Positions 1-12,167 of a stretch of DNA of 64,000 nt are shown here, one piece after another. Source of the stretch: Octopus bimaculoides (taxonomy: Eukaryota). The notes under the pieces are model-generated. The model saw nothing but the letters and a program-made list of their open reading frames with translations, had not been told where the DNA came from and ran no database searches. The stretch spans positions 125,456,422-125,520,421 of the forward strand of contig NC_068981.1 in assembly GCF_001194135.2 (NCBI RefSeq), given 5' to 3'. Position numbers and translations under genes: made by a program. How positions within the stretch are numbered: the first letter of the stretch is position 1; each line of letters starts with the position of its first letter.

Positions 1-2578
1 ATATGTGTCTCAGATTAGTATTATTATTTTTTTTTTTTTTTGTACAAAATAATTTAGATGGGGAGGAGGCATCTGAAATTTTTCCGTACTTTGCTAGACT
101 GGTGAAGTTGAAACAATTTACAGATTGTTATCAACAGGACTGAGAATTTCTGGGGAAGAAGGATAGACTGAAAAGTATAACATAAGGAGTTTGAAGAATA
201 ACTCAGAGCAGGGTTGATAAGACAAAGGAAACAAGTAAATCAGTTCCAGGATAGAAGAATATTTGTAGTAATAGCAGAAGAGACATTGAAAACATATCAT
301 ATTGGTGATGAAAGGTGTATGAAACAATTATAGCAATTGAAGGGGCACAATATAAAATGCTTGTATGTGTGCAACAGCTGTTACATGTTGAATATGAAAG
401 TGGTACTCTAATATAGGCCACAAATGTGTCTCGTAGACAGCAACTGATCAAAACAGTAATATTATCTTGTGCAGAAGAAGCTTAGCATTAGGGACATCAG
501 TGTTAATAATTCTAAAAATAAATGGGTACAAGGCAATTGAACTATTCCTTGCAACAGAAGTTTCATTCTTTTAATATACTTGACCAATATCTCCTTTTAG
601 TCAAATATGGCAGATGAAAACTATGTATATAGAAGCCCATTGTGTGAATATGCATGAGTGTGTGTGTGTGTGAGCACGCACACGTGTATACATAAGTGCA
701 TGTGTATATGTGTGCATGAGTGTGCATGTGAATGTTTATTTACCAGAGTAAAACTTGGTGTTGTGTCTAAAAATTGACTTAGCCATTCAATAAATATAGT
801 TTGATTAAATAAGGAACAAGCTGAATTAAGCACAGGGGTTGATATGACCAAATAAGAATTTTTGTTGACAGCCACTCCAAGTGGCCTCAGATCAATGATT
901 GAAGCCAATAAACAAATAACAGAATACTGCTATCAATTCAATATCACATTATTCATTTCCTTGGCTATAGAAAATTTCAGACAAATTTATACCAAGCATT
1001 CAAAATTTCTTTCTTCATCCTTACAAAGTTTAGCCAAAGTATTTCTTTTTACATTTAACTGCAGGAAATCTGTAAATACACTTGAAGAAAGTGTTTGATA
1101 GAAAAAAGTCTTATATTTAAGTAAATATAAAATAGCAATAAATCTATTCAGAAAAGATATTTGTAGAAAATTATGTGGTCTGTAACTGTTTATAGATTTT
1201 TATAAATGTACAATCATGCTGTGAAGGAAAGATAATTTGGTAATCGAAAGATTTTATTCTTTTGTGTAAAAGTAAAGGTATTTATAGAGAGATACATCTA
1301 AATATGAACCATGTGTCTTGATGAATAGAAGGCAATCATAAAAGATGTTGAAAATTAGGTTTATTGGTAGTATGCCAGCCCATGTTGCTATTTTAATTCT
1401 GCATTATACATATTTAAGAACCACTGACAAACAGACAGTTGTCATTGTGACAAAGCTGGTTATGTAAAAATTGATACCTGACTGTGAGCTGTTGTATGAC
1501 AAGTTTGGAGAGACACACAACTATGTTGGTACGGATTATTTAGAATATTCAAGGAATCATACCACCACATATATTAACAGCACAATCTCTATATGTGCAT
1601 CAAATAAGATTACAGCATATAATTGGTGTATGTAGCTAAGTGAAATTGTGGTATTTTTGGTGACACTCAGAGCCCTGTTAATGTGGGTCATTAAGAACAT
1701 TCAGAGTCAAGCCAGCTCTTGATTTGGTGGTATAAACTCTCTATGTGTACCAAGTGAGAAGTTTGGGGATATATAGTTAGAGTATGTGGCCAAGTGGAAC
1801 TATGGATATGATTCAGGGTGGTATATTTAAGTTGATAATGTTAATAAACTTTGATTTACTGGATTATATCTTAGAACTTTCAGCTCCAAGTATTTTGTTT
1901 TATGCCAATATTCTTTAAATTTTTTGTTTGCCTTTACATAGCTAAAAACTACAGCTTCTCAGTTATATATGTTGATTGCAGTATTTTTCCCTGTATACAT
2001 AAATGCTAAATGGGTGATAAACTTATTTATAGTTCAAAAAAGTGAGTTTCACACACTGTGCATGTTGTACTTCAATATACTGAAACTATTTTTGTTCCAG
2101 AAAAATGGTAGCTGCTACCTTTATCTAACATTCATTTTTATAGAATATTTTAGTTTTTAACTTGATGAGTGCCTTTATTTATATAGGATACAGAATGGTT
2201 AAAATTGTCTTTTATGTATGTTGTAGCAGTTATGCCAGATGCTTCAGTTGTAAAAAAAAAAAAAAAAGCATTACCTATATTTGCCATTGTCAAGCAGCAA
2301 TAGGAACACTTCTGGATTTTTCTTTGGTATTTCATTGTGATAACCACATGTTTTGGAAGGAATTATACTCTATTTTTTGTGTTTTAATTCTCTTACATTC
2401 TCATACTTCACTCTAACCTAAATAAACAATTTAACAGTCATATACAGTAACAGCTAAAATATTCATTAAGATCTAACCAAAAAACAAAAATTTACTAATT
2501 TATCAACAATATATAGGAAGGAAGGAAGGAAGGGGGGAGGGGGACAGATAGATAGAAAGAGAGAGCAAGAGAGAGAGA

Positions 2579-2619
<41 letters not shown>

Positions 2620-2620
<1 letters not shown>

Positions 2621-3432
2621 TCAGTAAATAGTGGGGTTGTGTTAACCACACGTGGAGAAATAATAGGAAAATGAAAAATAATAATAAGGCAGAATGCTAA
2701 ACTGAAAGCATATTTTAATATAGATTTCTAACCAGCTTTCATTGTATGGCAAATTTTCAAGAAGAGGGAGAATGAAAATGTTTTTTACAAAAAAGTAAAA
2801 AATGAAAAAAATAATATATAAAAAAAATAATATATAAAAAAATAAATATACCAATACATTATATTGTCTTTGAGCTTTTAAAATTCAATGGTAATCCATG
2901 TAGATAATAGTTGGAAAAATAAGGATGCATGAAAATTGAGAGTTGTGTTAGGTTTAAAAAAAAAGGAGCTAACGGTTTATGTGTTAAGCAGGAAGTGCGG
3001 TGTCAAAACAGGAAGTGTTGTAAGGGGAGACAAATCTCTTTAGTTGGAGTTATGGACTCTTTGTCAACAGGAAGTTTATGTCTGTTCCTAGATTTGTCTC
3101 CCCTTACACACACACTTCCTATTTTGACACCACACTTCCTGCTTAACACATAGACCGTTAGCTCCTTTTTTTTAAACCTAACACAACTCTCAATTTTCAT
3201 GCATCCTTATTTTTCCAACTATTATCTACATGGATTACCATTGAACTTTTAAAGCTCAAAGACAATATAATGTATTGGTATATTTATTTTTTAATATATT
3301 ATCTTTTTCATTTTTTACTTTTTTGTAAAAAACATTTTCATTCTCCCTCCTCTTGAAAATTTGCCATACAATGAAAGCCGGTTAGAAATCTATATTAAAA
3401 TATGCTTTCAGTGTAGCATTCTGCCTTATTAT
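2620..3432. mobile_element. Foldback (palindromic) copy of a TA-flanked TIR element; right end lost in gap
   Basis: Starts GTCAGTAAATAGTGGGGTTG right after (TA)n. About 2680-3037 is the reverse complement of about 3089-3432 with a ~50-bp spacer. Same family as 49228-49787. Confidence 0.8.
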
Positions 3433-4342
3433 NNNNNNNNNNNNNNNNNNNNNNNNNNNNNNNNNNNNNNNNNNNNNNNNNNNNNNNNNNNNNNNNNNNN
3501 NNNNNNNNNNNNNNNNNNNNNNNNNNNNNNNNNNNNNNNNNNNNNNNNNNNNNNNNNNNNNNNNNNNNNNNNNNNNNNNNNNNNNNNNNNNNNNNNNNNN
3601 NNNNNNNNNNNNNNNNNNNNNNNNNNNNNNNNNNNNNNNNNNNNNNNNNNNNNNNNNNNNNNNNNNNNNNNNNNNNNNNNNNNNNNNNNNNNNNNNNNNN
3701 NNNNNNNNNNNNNNNNNNNNNNNNNNNNNNNNNNNNNNNNNNNNNNNNNNNNNNNNNNNNNNNNNNNNNNNNNNNNNNNNNNNNNNNNNNNNNNNNNNNN
3801 NNNNNNNNNNNNNNNNNNNNNNNNNNNNNNNNNNNNNNNNNNNNNNNNNNNNNNNNNNNNNNNNNNNNNNNNNNNNNNNNNNNNNNNNNNNNNNNNNNNN
3901 NNNNNNNNNNNNNNNNNNNNNNNNNNNNNNNNNNNNNNNNNNNNNNNNNNNNNNNNNNNNNNNNNNNNNNNNNNNNNNNNNNNNNNNNNNNNNNNNNNNN
4001 NNNNNNNNNNNNNNNNNNNNNNNNNNNNNNNNNNNNNNNNNNNNNNNNNNNNNNNNNNNNNNNNNNNNNNNNNNNNNNNNNNNNNNNNNNNNNNNNNNNN
4101 NNNNNNNNNNNNNNNNNNNNNNNNNNNNNNNNNNNNNNNNNNNNNNNNNNNNNNNNNNNNNNNNNNNNNNNNNNNNNNNNNNNNNNNNNNNNNNNNNNNN
4201 NNNNNNNNNNNNNNNNNNNNNNNNNNNNNNNNNNNNNNNNNNNNNNNNNNNNNNNNNNNNNNNNNNNNNNNNNNNNNNNNNNNNNNNNNNNNNNNNNNNN
4301 NNNNNNNNNNNNNNNNNNNNNNNNNNNNNNNNNNNNNNNNNN
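3433..4342. other. Assembly gap (N run)
   Basis: N run. Other gaps: 26907-27136, 32720-32877, 38732-38742, 42579-42696, 48249-48355, 49001-49227, 49791-49800. Confidence 0.99.
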
Positions 4343-4343
4343 A

Positions 4344-4421
4344 AATGTATTACTTTCCAGTAAAATAAAGCCCCATAAGGGTATACATATGGGACTTTAT
4401 TTTACTGGGAAGTAATACATT
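4344..4421. repeat. Imperfect palindrome/hairpin
   Basis: AATGTATTACTTTCCAGTAAAATAAAGCCCCATA pairs with TATGGGACTTTATTTTACTGGGAAGTAATACATT. Confidence 0.85.
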
Positions 4422-4541
4422 TGTATTGCAATATTTTTCATTAAAAAAACTTCTTCACTGTTCTCAGTTCTGTTAACGGCTCAGCATTCAGGCGAGTATA
4501 CTTGGCATTGATGTGGCAACATTTGAAATATTGTCTAGGTA

Positions 4542-4614
4542 AATGCAGCTGATGAAGACTGATCAAATTTATGTTGTGAAACGTATTTGAAGAGTCAGAA
4601 ACCAGTCCTGCATT
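4542..4614 (+). ncRNA. Type I hammerhead ribozyme motif
   Basis: AAUGCAG-CUGAUGA-long stem II (GACU/AGUC, UCAAAU/AUUUGA, AUGUU/AACGU)-GAAAC-ca-GUC-CUGCAUU. Stem I is a perfect 7 bp and the core is intact. The base of stem II is an A-A mismatch. Confidence 0.75.
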
Positions 4615-4823
4615 ATCCGATTCTCGGTTGTACATTTATCGAATGTCCTTCCTAGAGGTAAGACAAATTTTTCATGTTTTGTTGCACACACACGTTTTTG
4701 CTAGTATATACACAGTGAAGCTTTACAATAGCGTCGTAATTATATCGATTGCTATTTTCCAGTAAATATTGGTGCCTTGTTGTACCACTCATCTGAATGT
4801 ATATGTATACCCTTATATATATA

Positions 4824-5765
4824 GTGGGTCATCCCGTAAATAATGCGTTTTTTTTTTTATTGCATGAACTAAACGTTGGAGGGGGACAGGATAAACTACC
4901 TGCATCAACTTGCTATAAAAGCAGGTAGTAAATTTACCTTGTCTTTATTCTTAGTGCAAGTTTTGAAGAGAGGTAAAATAACTGTTAAAATCAAACTGCA
5001 AAGCTATAATGGAAGTGACAAAGAAGCATATTCAGTATATTTTACTTTATGAGTTCAATAATGGCAACAATGCAACAGAAAGTGTGAGGAATATTAATGC
5101 AGTATATGAAGATCAGACAATAAGTGTAAGCCAGTGTCAACAGTGGTTCCAGAAATTCTAAGCTGGAAACTACAGCTTAGAAGATGAGCCACGTCCTGGA
5201 AGATCTGTAGAGTTCAATGAGGACATCCTGCAGACACTGGTGGAACAAAATCCCATTGTAACATATAAAACAACATATGCTAGACACTAGCAGAGAAGCT
5301 TGGATTTGTTCATTCAACCAGTCATTCAAGTCAGCGCTAGAAGAAAAACGACCATCTTTGGTTTTAAGATGAAAAGTGTTCTTCTATCAGGATAATGCTC
5401 AGCCACATACAGCAAGGATGACATTCCAAAGGCTGCAGCAGTTTCAATGGGAAAAGATGCCCCACCCACCATATTCACCAGACATTGCCTCATCTGATTA
5501 TCATTTATTCCACAGTCTACAAAATCATTTGGATGAAAAAGAGAGGAGTTCTGTAGAAGAGATCAGAACAGTACTGGAGGAGTCTTTCTCATCACGGATA
5601 AGTGAATTTTGGAAGAGGAGCCTTGCAAGTCTACCAGATAGATGGACAAGCATTGTAGAAAATGAAGGAGAGTATATTTTAGATTAAAAAAGAACTTTGT
5701 TTATCTTAATTTTGAATAATAAAAGAAGTATAAGAAAAAACTGCATTATTTATGTGATGACTCAA
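4824..5765 (+). mobile_element. Mariner (D34D) DNA transposon, internally deleted
   Basis: TIRs GTGGGTCATCCCGTAAATAATGCG and CTGCATTATTTATGTGATGACTCAA, flanked by TA, enclosing transposase remnants. Confidence 0.93.
5009..5687 (+). pseudogene. Mariner transposase pseudogene
   Basis: N-terminus MEVTKKHIQYILLYEF...QWFQKF*AGNYSLEDEPRPGR has a stop. Central part is deleted. C-terminus QDNAQPH...HPPYSPDIASSDYHLF has 34 residues between the catalytic Asp residues. Confidence 0.92.
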
Positions 5766-6480
5766 TATATATAAAATTTAGTAACAATATATACTATCCT
5801 TTATGAACTATGTCAGCCCTGTAACATGTTCATCAACCTGTCAACCTAAGAAAGGAAACAACAAACCTTATAAAACAACATTTGCTACACACTATCAGAA
5901 TACATTCATAGTAAATCAAGATCATCTAGACATGTGATGTAGGGAAGGGTTCATCATTGCTCTTCACTTGAAGCCATGCAATCCCTGCAACTTTTTTTCC
6001 AATTGCACTCTTAAATATCCATAGACATTAACATTACAGCAGTAATATTTAAAAAACAAAACACATAATTATTCACCACTGCCTACTCACATACACACAC
6101 TCAGATACACAAAATGACTCAACACCAATAGCTACATTCAGTCCAGCATATGGACGAAACTCTGAGAAAGGGCTGAACAGTTCCAGGCTTTGGGTACAAG
6201 AAAATACAGGAGGATCAGTTAACTATGATTCTATTCAACATATTCCTGTCTCAGATTCACAGACTTATTGCAGCGGTCCTTCAGTCTTTCTAAGCCCTGT
6301 AAAAGAACTTGGAGGGTTAGGCCTCCAACCAAGCCTTAAGTGACACCTTTAAAGCAAGGAACTTTTCAGCAACCCCTTGTAGTCCAGTCATAGGCAAACT
6401 AGCAGCCCATGGGACTTTTTGAATGGCATACCTAACAAAATATTACCTTGACTTTTTTTTTTAGTAGAGCAACCTATCTA

Positions 6481-6702
6481 ATAATGATTTCAAATTTTGG
6501 CATAAGGCCAGCAATTTCAGGAGAGGGCAGGATAAGTTGATTACATTAACCCCAGTGTTCAACTGGTACTTATTTTATCAACCCCTAAAGGATGAAAAGT
6601 AAAGTTGACCTCAGCAGAATTTGAACCCAGAATGTAAAGTTGAATGAAATGCTGCAAAGCACTCTCTCCAACGTGCTAATTATTCTGCCAGCTTGCCACC
6701 TT
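6481..6702 (-). mobile_element. tRNA-derived SINE family A (Meta/MESC-like central domain)
   Basis: On the minus strand: head GGTGGCAAGCTGGCAGAAT, B-box GGTTCAAATTC, core CTTTTCATCCTTTAGGGGTTGATAAAATAAGTACCAG, (ATT)n tail. Confidence 0.85.
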
Positions 6703-6882
6703 AGCCCATCTAATAATGACCCAAGTTTTGTGCGGCCCACTTCTTGCAAAAGGTTGCCCATGCCTACTGTAGTCATTAGGCTAATGTCTTTTCTTCGACA
6801 CCTGCATATTTCTAATATGATTTGTTAAAGCGCACTACATTAAGTATGTTGACACTAACTTAACTATTGCTTTATTATGCAG

Positions 6883-6891
6883 CTGGCATCG
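6883..6891 (+). CDS. Candidate 9-nt microexon of an unidentified host gene
   Basis: CACTAAC branch point, TTGCTTTATTATGCAG acceptor, exon CTGGCATCG, GTGAGT donor. Splice signals only. Confidence 0.4.
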
Positions 6892-7287
6892 GTGAGTGAG
6901 TAATTAACCTCAGTAATTTATTTTTAATTATCTTACATGCCAACTGAGTATACACTGTCTCTGCAGTGACTTTCATTAAATTGTTCAATCAGACAAGAAT
7001 AAGTTGAGTAACAATCGAAATATGGTATATCATGAATATCAATTTAGATATGACATACCAGGTCTTTATCACACACACACACACACACACAGTGTACTAC
7101 TGCATGGTCCTAGAACAGACAGTCACACACTGAAGGATTGAAATACCGGAAAGTTACACCTAAATGTTTAATCAGTTCTTTCTCTCTCTCTTTCTATCTA
7201 TCTATTTATCTACCCATCTTTCTATCTACCTTTGTTTCACAGATAAGTTCTAATAGAACTGATTAGAATAAATCATAGACAATGCCT

Positions 7288-7365
7288 AATATTAATTATA
7301 ACTATCTTACTCCAATATACATCAATAATATTAATTATAACTATCTTATTCCATATGCATCAATG
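7288..7365. repeat. Tandem duplication of a ~38-bp unit
   Basis: TAATATTAATTATAACTATCTTA(C/T)TCCA...CATCAAT occurs twice. Confidence 0.8.
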
Positions 7366-7939
7366 GCAATTTTTAGAAGAAATAACAGTGATAGTAATGG
7401 AAGAGTAAGTGAGGTGGGTGTTGGTGGGGATTGACATTTGGCTTTCAAGCATCATGCATTTCAATCTCGCACTACAATCTATATTGAACCAACTTTCACA
7501 ATTTAATACAGCATGTTCTGACATGATTAATTTTTATAAATTCATTTATTTGTTCATTTATATATGTCTCATCATATTGTAAAAGAAAAGTGGAAACATA
7601 TGAACATCTACCCTTCTCATACCATCTACCCATACATATTTTATCATGATTGACAGTTTCAAGAATTGAAATGGCTGACTGAACTGGGAGTTATCACTGA
7701 AAAGAGATAAACTTCCTGCTGAACAGGATACTATCAACTACATGATATACTAACAAAATAAAATTCACTTAAAAACTACATAGATTAAGAAATGTCATTG
7801 AAGTTAATTACTCAGAGTTGCCACCTGCATGGAAGACAATAGTTAAGTTAGTGTTTAAATATTTAATGTATTCAGCATCAAAAATCTAATTAAAAATACT
7901 TATTTAATGAGGAAAAAACAATGTTAACTCAACAACTAA

Positions 7940-8970
7940 TACTAAGTTAGGCAGTAAACTAGCAATGATTTTAGAGTATAGGAAACAAAACCCTAAAGCT
8001 TTCTTCAAATTTGCTAAAGAAACAGAGCCTCAGTGTACTAACTGCAAATCTCAGACAGATAAGTGAAATACTGAATGAGCAATTCAAAAGTGCTTTCACC
8101 TACCCTATGGGACACATGCAAGTGAGAAGACCAGATGAACCCTTTGCCATTACAGTAACAAATACAGAGACAGCAATATCTGACTACATCAACGTAAAAA
8201 ACAGCTTCTGGTCCTCGTAGATTTCCCACAATCCTTCTAAAAATGGGTAAACAATCCCTTACAAAACCACTGCAGTTACCCTTCAAAGTAGTAAATTTAC
8301 AAGAATTCCATAATCTATCCCATTCTTATAGGTAGAATCAGAGCAAATGCTAAAAATTATAGGCTTGCCTGTCTCTGATATCACATCTCAGCAAAGTCAT
8401 GAAACAAATTGTCAGAAGGAAACTAATCAAGTTCCTCAAAGAAAATGATTTATTAACTAACACCAACATAATTTTCAACAGAAAGGAGCTGCCTGACACA
8501 AATTCTGCAACAGATATGGTTAGCTCTAACAACAGTTGCTCAACCACTAAAATTTGGATGTAATGCATCTCAATTTTGCAAAAGCTTTCAACAAAGTCAG
8601 TCATAGAATATGTCAAAAGTTATATGATCTCAGCGTAGTCACAAAACTGGGGAAAATGGCTGCTTGCCTTTTTAAAATACAGAAGTCAGGCAGTAGTAGC
8701 CGATGGGACCATCTCCCAAGAAACAATAACAGTGAATGGGGTTACATAGAATACTATCCTGAGCCACTGCTGTTCATAATGGCTTTCTCAGACACACCCT
8801 CAGCTATACAGCCATCTTCTCTGGTTATGTAGATGATACAAAAGTATCATAGGTGATAACACAGGAGATGCTACGCACATGATTTAAATGTTGTATATAA
8901 GTGAACTGAAAAAATAACATGTAATTTAATGCTGAAAAATTCTCAAACCTTCCACTATCAGCACTAAAAA
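7940..8970 (+). mobile_element. Degenerate CR1/L2-like LINE ORF2 (RT) fragment
   Basis: Frameshifted motifs NPKAFFKF, ISEILNEQFKSAFT, KNYR, RSCLT, LDVMHLNFAKAFNKVSH, PLLFI, YVDDTK (8826) and DLNVVYK. Confidence 0.88.
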
Positions 8971-9799
8971 TTAAATGTAATGCAAGCAAATCATTGGACC
9001 AGAAGGGATTGCAGTCCTTAAATTACAATCAGTACATGATCTAAGCATTAACAAGTTCATATTACTAAGATGTTAATGATAATGAACTGCTCATGATAAT
9101 GGAGCAAATACACAAGCGTGCACACACACACACACACACACACAGAAAATTTAGGAAAAACAGTCTCTGAGTGTCCAAATCGCATAAGAGATGATACTCA
9201 TAAAAGAGCTGGTAGCATGATAGACAACCCATCATAGAGAAATCGACAAAATAATATTAACATATATATTATGTGCATCATAATTCTTTAATAACATTTT
9301 CAGAGAAAGAATGAACGCTAAGTGCTGAAAATGCAAATTCCAGTACTTACAATTACCATTCATGTAATAGAAAATCTAAGCTTCCTCTTCTTCTCTTAAA
9401 TGGATGAAATGAGATTTCTCTAAAAATAAATAAAAAAAAGAAATGTGGTTTGTAAATAATAGTTTTAATGAAAGAGACTGGCAAAATGTAAAATCTGTGA
9501 ATGGTTTATTGATTCTTACAACAAAATTTTGATTTTGATTTCACAAAAACATAATACACACTCCCTATTATCACACAACACACTAATAACAGAAATCTTA
9601 TATAGGGGCGTGTTTTTTTATTTTTTTATTTTATTAACCCAAGGTAGCTGTCCCCCACTTGAAACATCCCTTTTTACTTGGTTAATACATGTTTCCATGC
9701 ATGTTGTTTACCTTTTTTTCATAACCAACTCTCAGAAACAAAGGCCATATTTTTGTGAATTCTCCTTATAATGTCCTTCCACCCATCACCAAGTAGTGA

Positions 9800-9985
9800 T
9801 GACAAAATATCTTGCAGTATTTCGTTACAATTCTTTATGTTCTATGTTCAAATCCTGCCAAGACCAACTTTACTTTTTGTCGTCATAGGATTAATAAAAT
9901 AAAGTAGCAATCAAATACTGGGGAGTAATTAAATCAAATAAACCTCTCCACCAAATTTCTGGCCTTGTTCTGTGGTAGTTTTATG
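9800..9985 (+). mobile_element. Degenerate SINE family A
   Basis: GTTCAAATCC B-box, ATAAAATAAAGTAGCA core and CAAATTTCTGGCCTTG tail. Confidence 0.6.
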
Positions 9986-10062
9986 CAAATTTCTGGCCTT
10001 GTTCTGTGGTAGTTTTATGCAAATTTCTGGCCTTGTTCTGTGGTAGTTTTATTCAAATTTCT
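9952..10062. repeat. 34-bp minisatellite, 3.3 copies
   Basis: CAAATTTCTGGCCTTGTTCTGTGGTAGTTTTATG in tandem. The unit resembles the family A tail. Confidence 0.95.
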
Positions 10063-10153
10063 ACTGAAATATCAAGGATACTTCCATACTTTTGAAGTGT
10101 ATGCAACATTATCTTTTGGAGAACAATGCATACTATGTAAAACGCAGGAAAAT

Positions 10154-10215
10154 GCTAATAATATAGCCTGAACAGGATAAACTACCCCTATTTTGTAGAA
10201 AAAAGTGTAGGTGGA
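10154..10215 (+). repeat. Unclassified interspersed repeat (second copy at about 61361-61424)
   Basis: AATGCTAATAATATAGCCTGAACAGGATAAACTA(C/T)CCCTATTTTG...AAAGTGTAGGTGG is present at both loci. Confidence 0.8.
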
Positions 10216-11628
10216 CTCGAATTCACATCTCCTTGATTACGCGTCACGATGCTCTCTCAACGCTTCTAAAAGCAAACTTTGTTTGTTTGTTTATGTTTGT
10301 TGTAATTTGAATTTATCAAACTATGTAAGTTTTGTTTGGCTTTGGGATTTGTTTTGTTTCTGGTTTTATTTCAATGTTTCATCTGTTGAGCAGCATGAAT
10401 GTAGTGTGAGTTACATTGGTGTTTGTGTTTCAAATATACTCTGTAATTGGAACTAAGTGTTTTAATGTCAAACAATTACAGCAACGCATATTTAGAAATA
10501 AAAGTAATAATTCCAAATAGATATAGTAATTATTAGACAGAAAAAATAATGAACTTAACAACAATATAAAACTTCTAGTGCAGTGAATCACAATGAATAT
10601 CAAGACATAAATCAGTTTAAAGAAAAAGGAGACAATAGAGGAGTGTGCTACAAGAGATAGTGTTTTCTTGCCAGAGCAATACATTCAGGAACAAGCAAAG
10701 TGAGAATAATAAACCCCTACATTTTTGACACTATTGGAAGCTGTCATATACCCTTAAAAGGATAGACAGCTGCAAAAGGCCCTGGTTGATAAGTATAGAA
10801 ACATGGTTTCCATCAATCACAGCAAAATATATAGTCCTATCTACATGGGAATGGAGCAAGTAAACAGGCTAGTTTTGTGTGTCACACACCTGCCTGTAAG
10901 CTCATACAATTATACATTATTATCATTGCAATATTCCCAGTGCCATACAATGGTGACAGCCAGGGATATTGGCAGTGACATTAACCCCTAACTCATTGCC
11001 ACCTCTGTAGTACAGTATGGGCAGTTGTGAATACAGAGGTAACAAGAAATGATGCATTAAAAGGGGTTAGAATGACAAAGAAAAAAAAAACACATATAAT
11101 CAAAGGTCATTTCAGAGCTGAGTTCCATCATAGGTAGAGAAACAAAAGCAATGACAATGGGCAGGAAACCTGATGTTACATTTGTATCAGTAAGAGCTAT
11201 TTAGGAGCTTTCTGCCCTGATGAACAAGAAAAGTAGAGAAAGAGAGAGTGATGAACCAGCAGTAGAAGTAGCAAAAGAACAACAGGTCCTGAAAACTGTT
11301 GTTGCTGAAAGAAAAACATTGGTTACATCACTGGATGCAGTAAACTCACCTTGCTGTCAGGTTCAGAAGTTGACAACCAGTGGTCCCTTCTCCTGATACT
11401 GGCCACAATAAGTGACAATGAGGAGGTTATTAAAAGTGAGTTGCAAACTGTCAGAATCAGTATAAAAGGCAATGGAAAAAGATATTCACTAAGAAGATTC
11501 TGCCCCAAGTGAAGTAAAGGGAGTGTGCTAGTAATATACTCTTCCCAAGATGTGCAAAGAACTAATGCTTTTCTCAAATAACTAAAGGAAAATCTCAGCC
11601 AATACAATAAAAGGCACCTGGTACCAGT

Positions 11629-11843
11629 AATCCTTTCTACTAAAGGCACAAGGCCTGAAATTTGAGGGAAGGAGACTAGCTGATTACATTGACCCCAGTG
11701 TTAAACTGGTATTTAATTTATCAACCCCAAAAGGATGAAAGGCCAAGTCGACCTCCACAGAATTTGAACTCAAAACATGGCGACAGGTGAAATACTGCTA
11801 AGCATTTCATCCAGTGTGTTAACGATTCTGCCAGCTTGCTGCC
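11629..11843 (-). mobile_element. SINE family A
   Basis: Full head, core (GTCGACTTGGCCTTTCATCCTTTTGGGG) and tail on the minus strand. Confidence 0.85.
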
Positions 11844-12022
11844 ATGGTCTTGCTGCTAATAATAAAAAGCTTATTGGTAAACTGGCAGAATCATTTAAGT
11901 GTCAGTAAAAAACAGTTCTTTGCAGTATTTGTTCCAACACTTTTGTTTAAATTTGCCTTTCATCTCTCTCTAAAAACAATAAAATAAAGTACCAGTAAAG
12001 TACTAGGGCTGATGATATAGAC

Positions 12023-12167
12023 CAGTTGTTCCCGACCTTTTCACTACCAAGGACCCCTTTCAAAAACTCGTAAATTTGAAATTTTGAATTTAGTTCACAG
12101 ACCCCCACCCCCAGTACTACATTTGTTGACCACCAGGGGTCTGCAGACCACAGGTTAGGAACCACTA
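12023..12167. mobile_element. hAT-Charlie-type MITE
   Basis: TIRs CAGTTGTTCCCGACCT and AGGTTAGGAACCACTA. 8-bp TSD ATATAGAC/GTATAGAC. Confidence 0.8.

Noticed and set aside
621-930. Minus-strand ORF ...LASIIDLRPLGVAVNK...SFTL|GTAAAT as an exon
   Set aside because: The acceptor is weak and there is no recognisable homology. Other frames resemble a decayed L1/Tx1 C-terminus, so it is probably a LINE remnant.
3361-4368. 335-aa ORF and the other X-filled ORFs (26832-27234, 32573-33001, 42402-42701, 48806-49294)
   Set aside because: Artefacts of translating N gaps.
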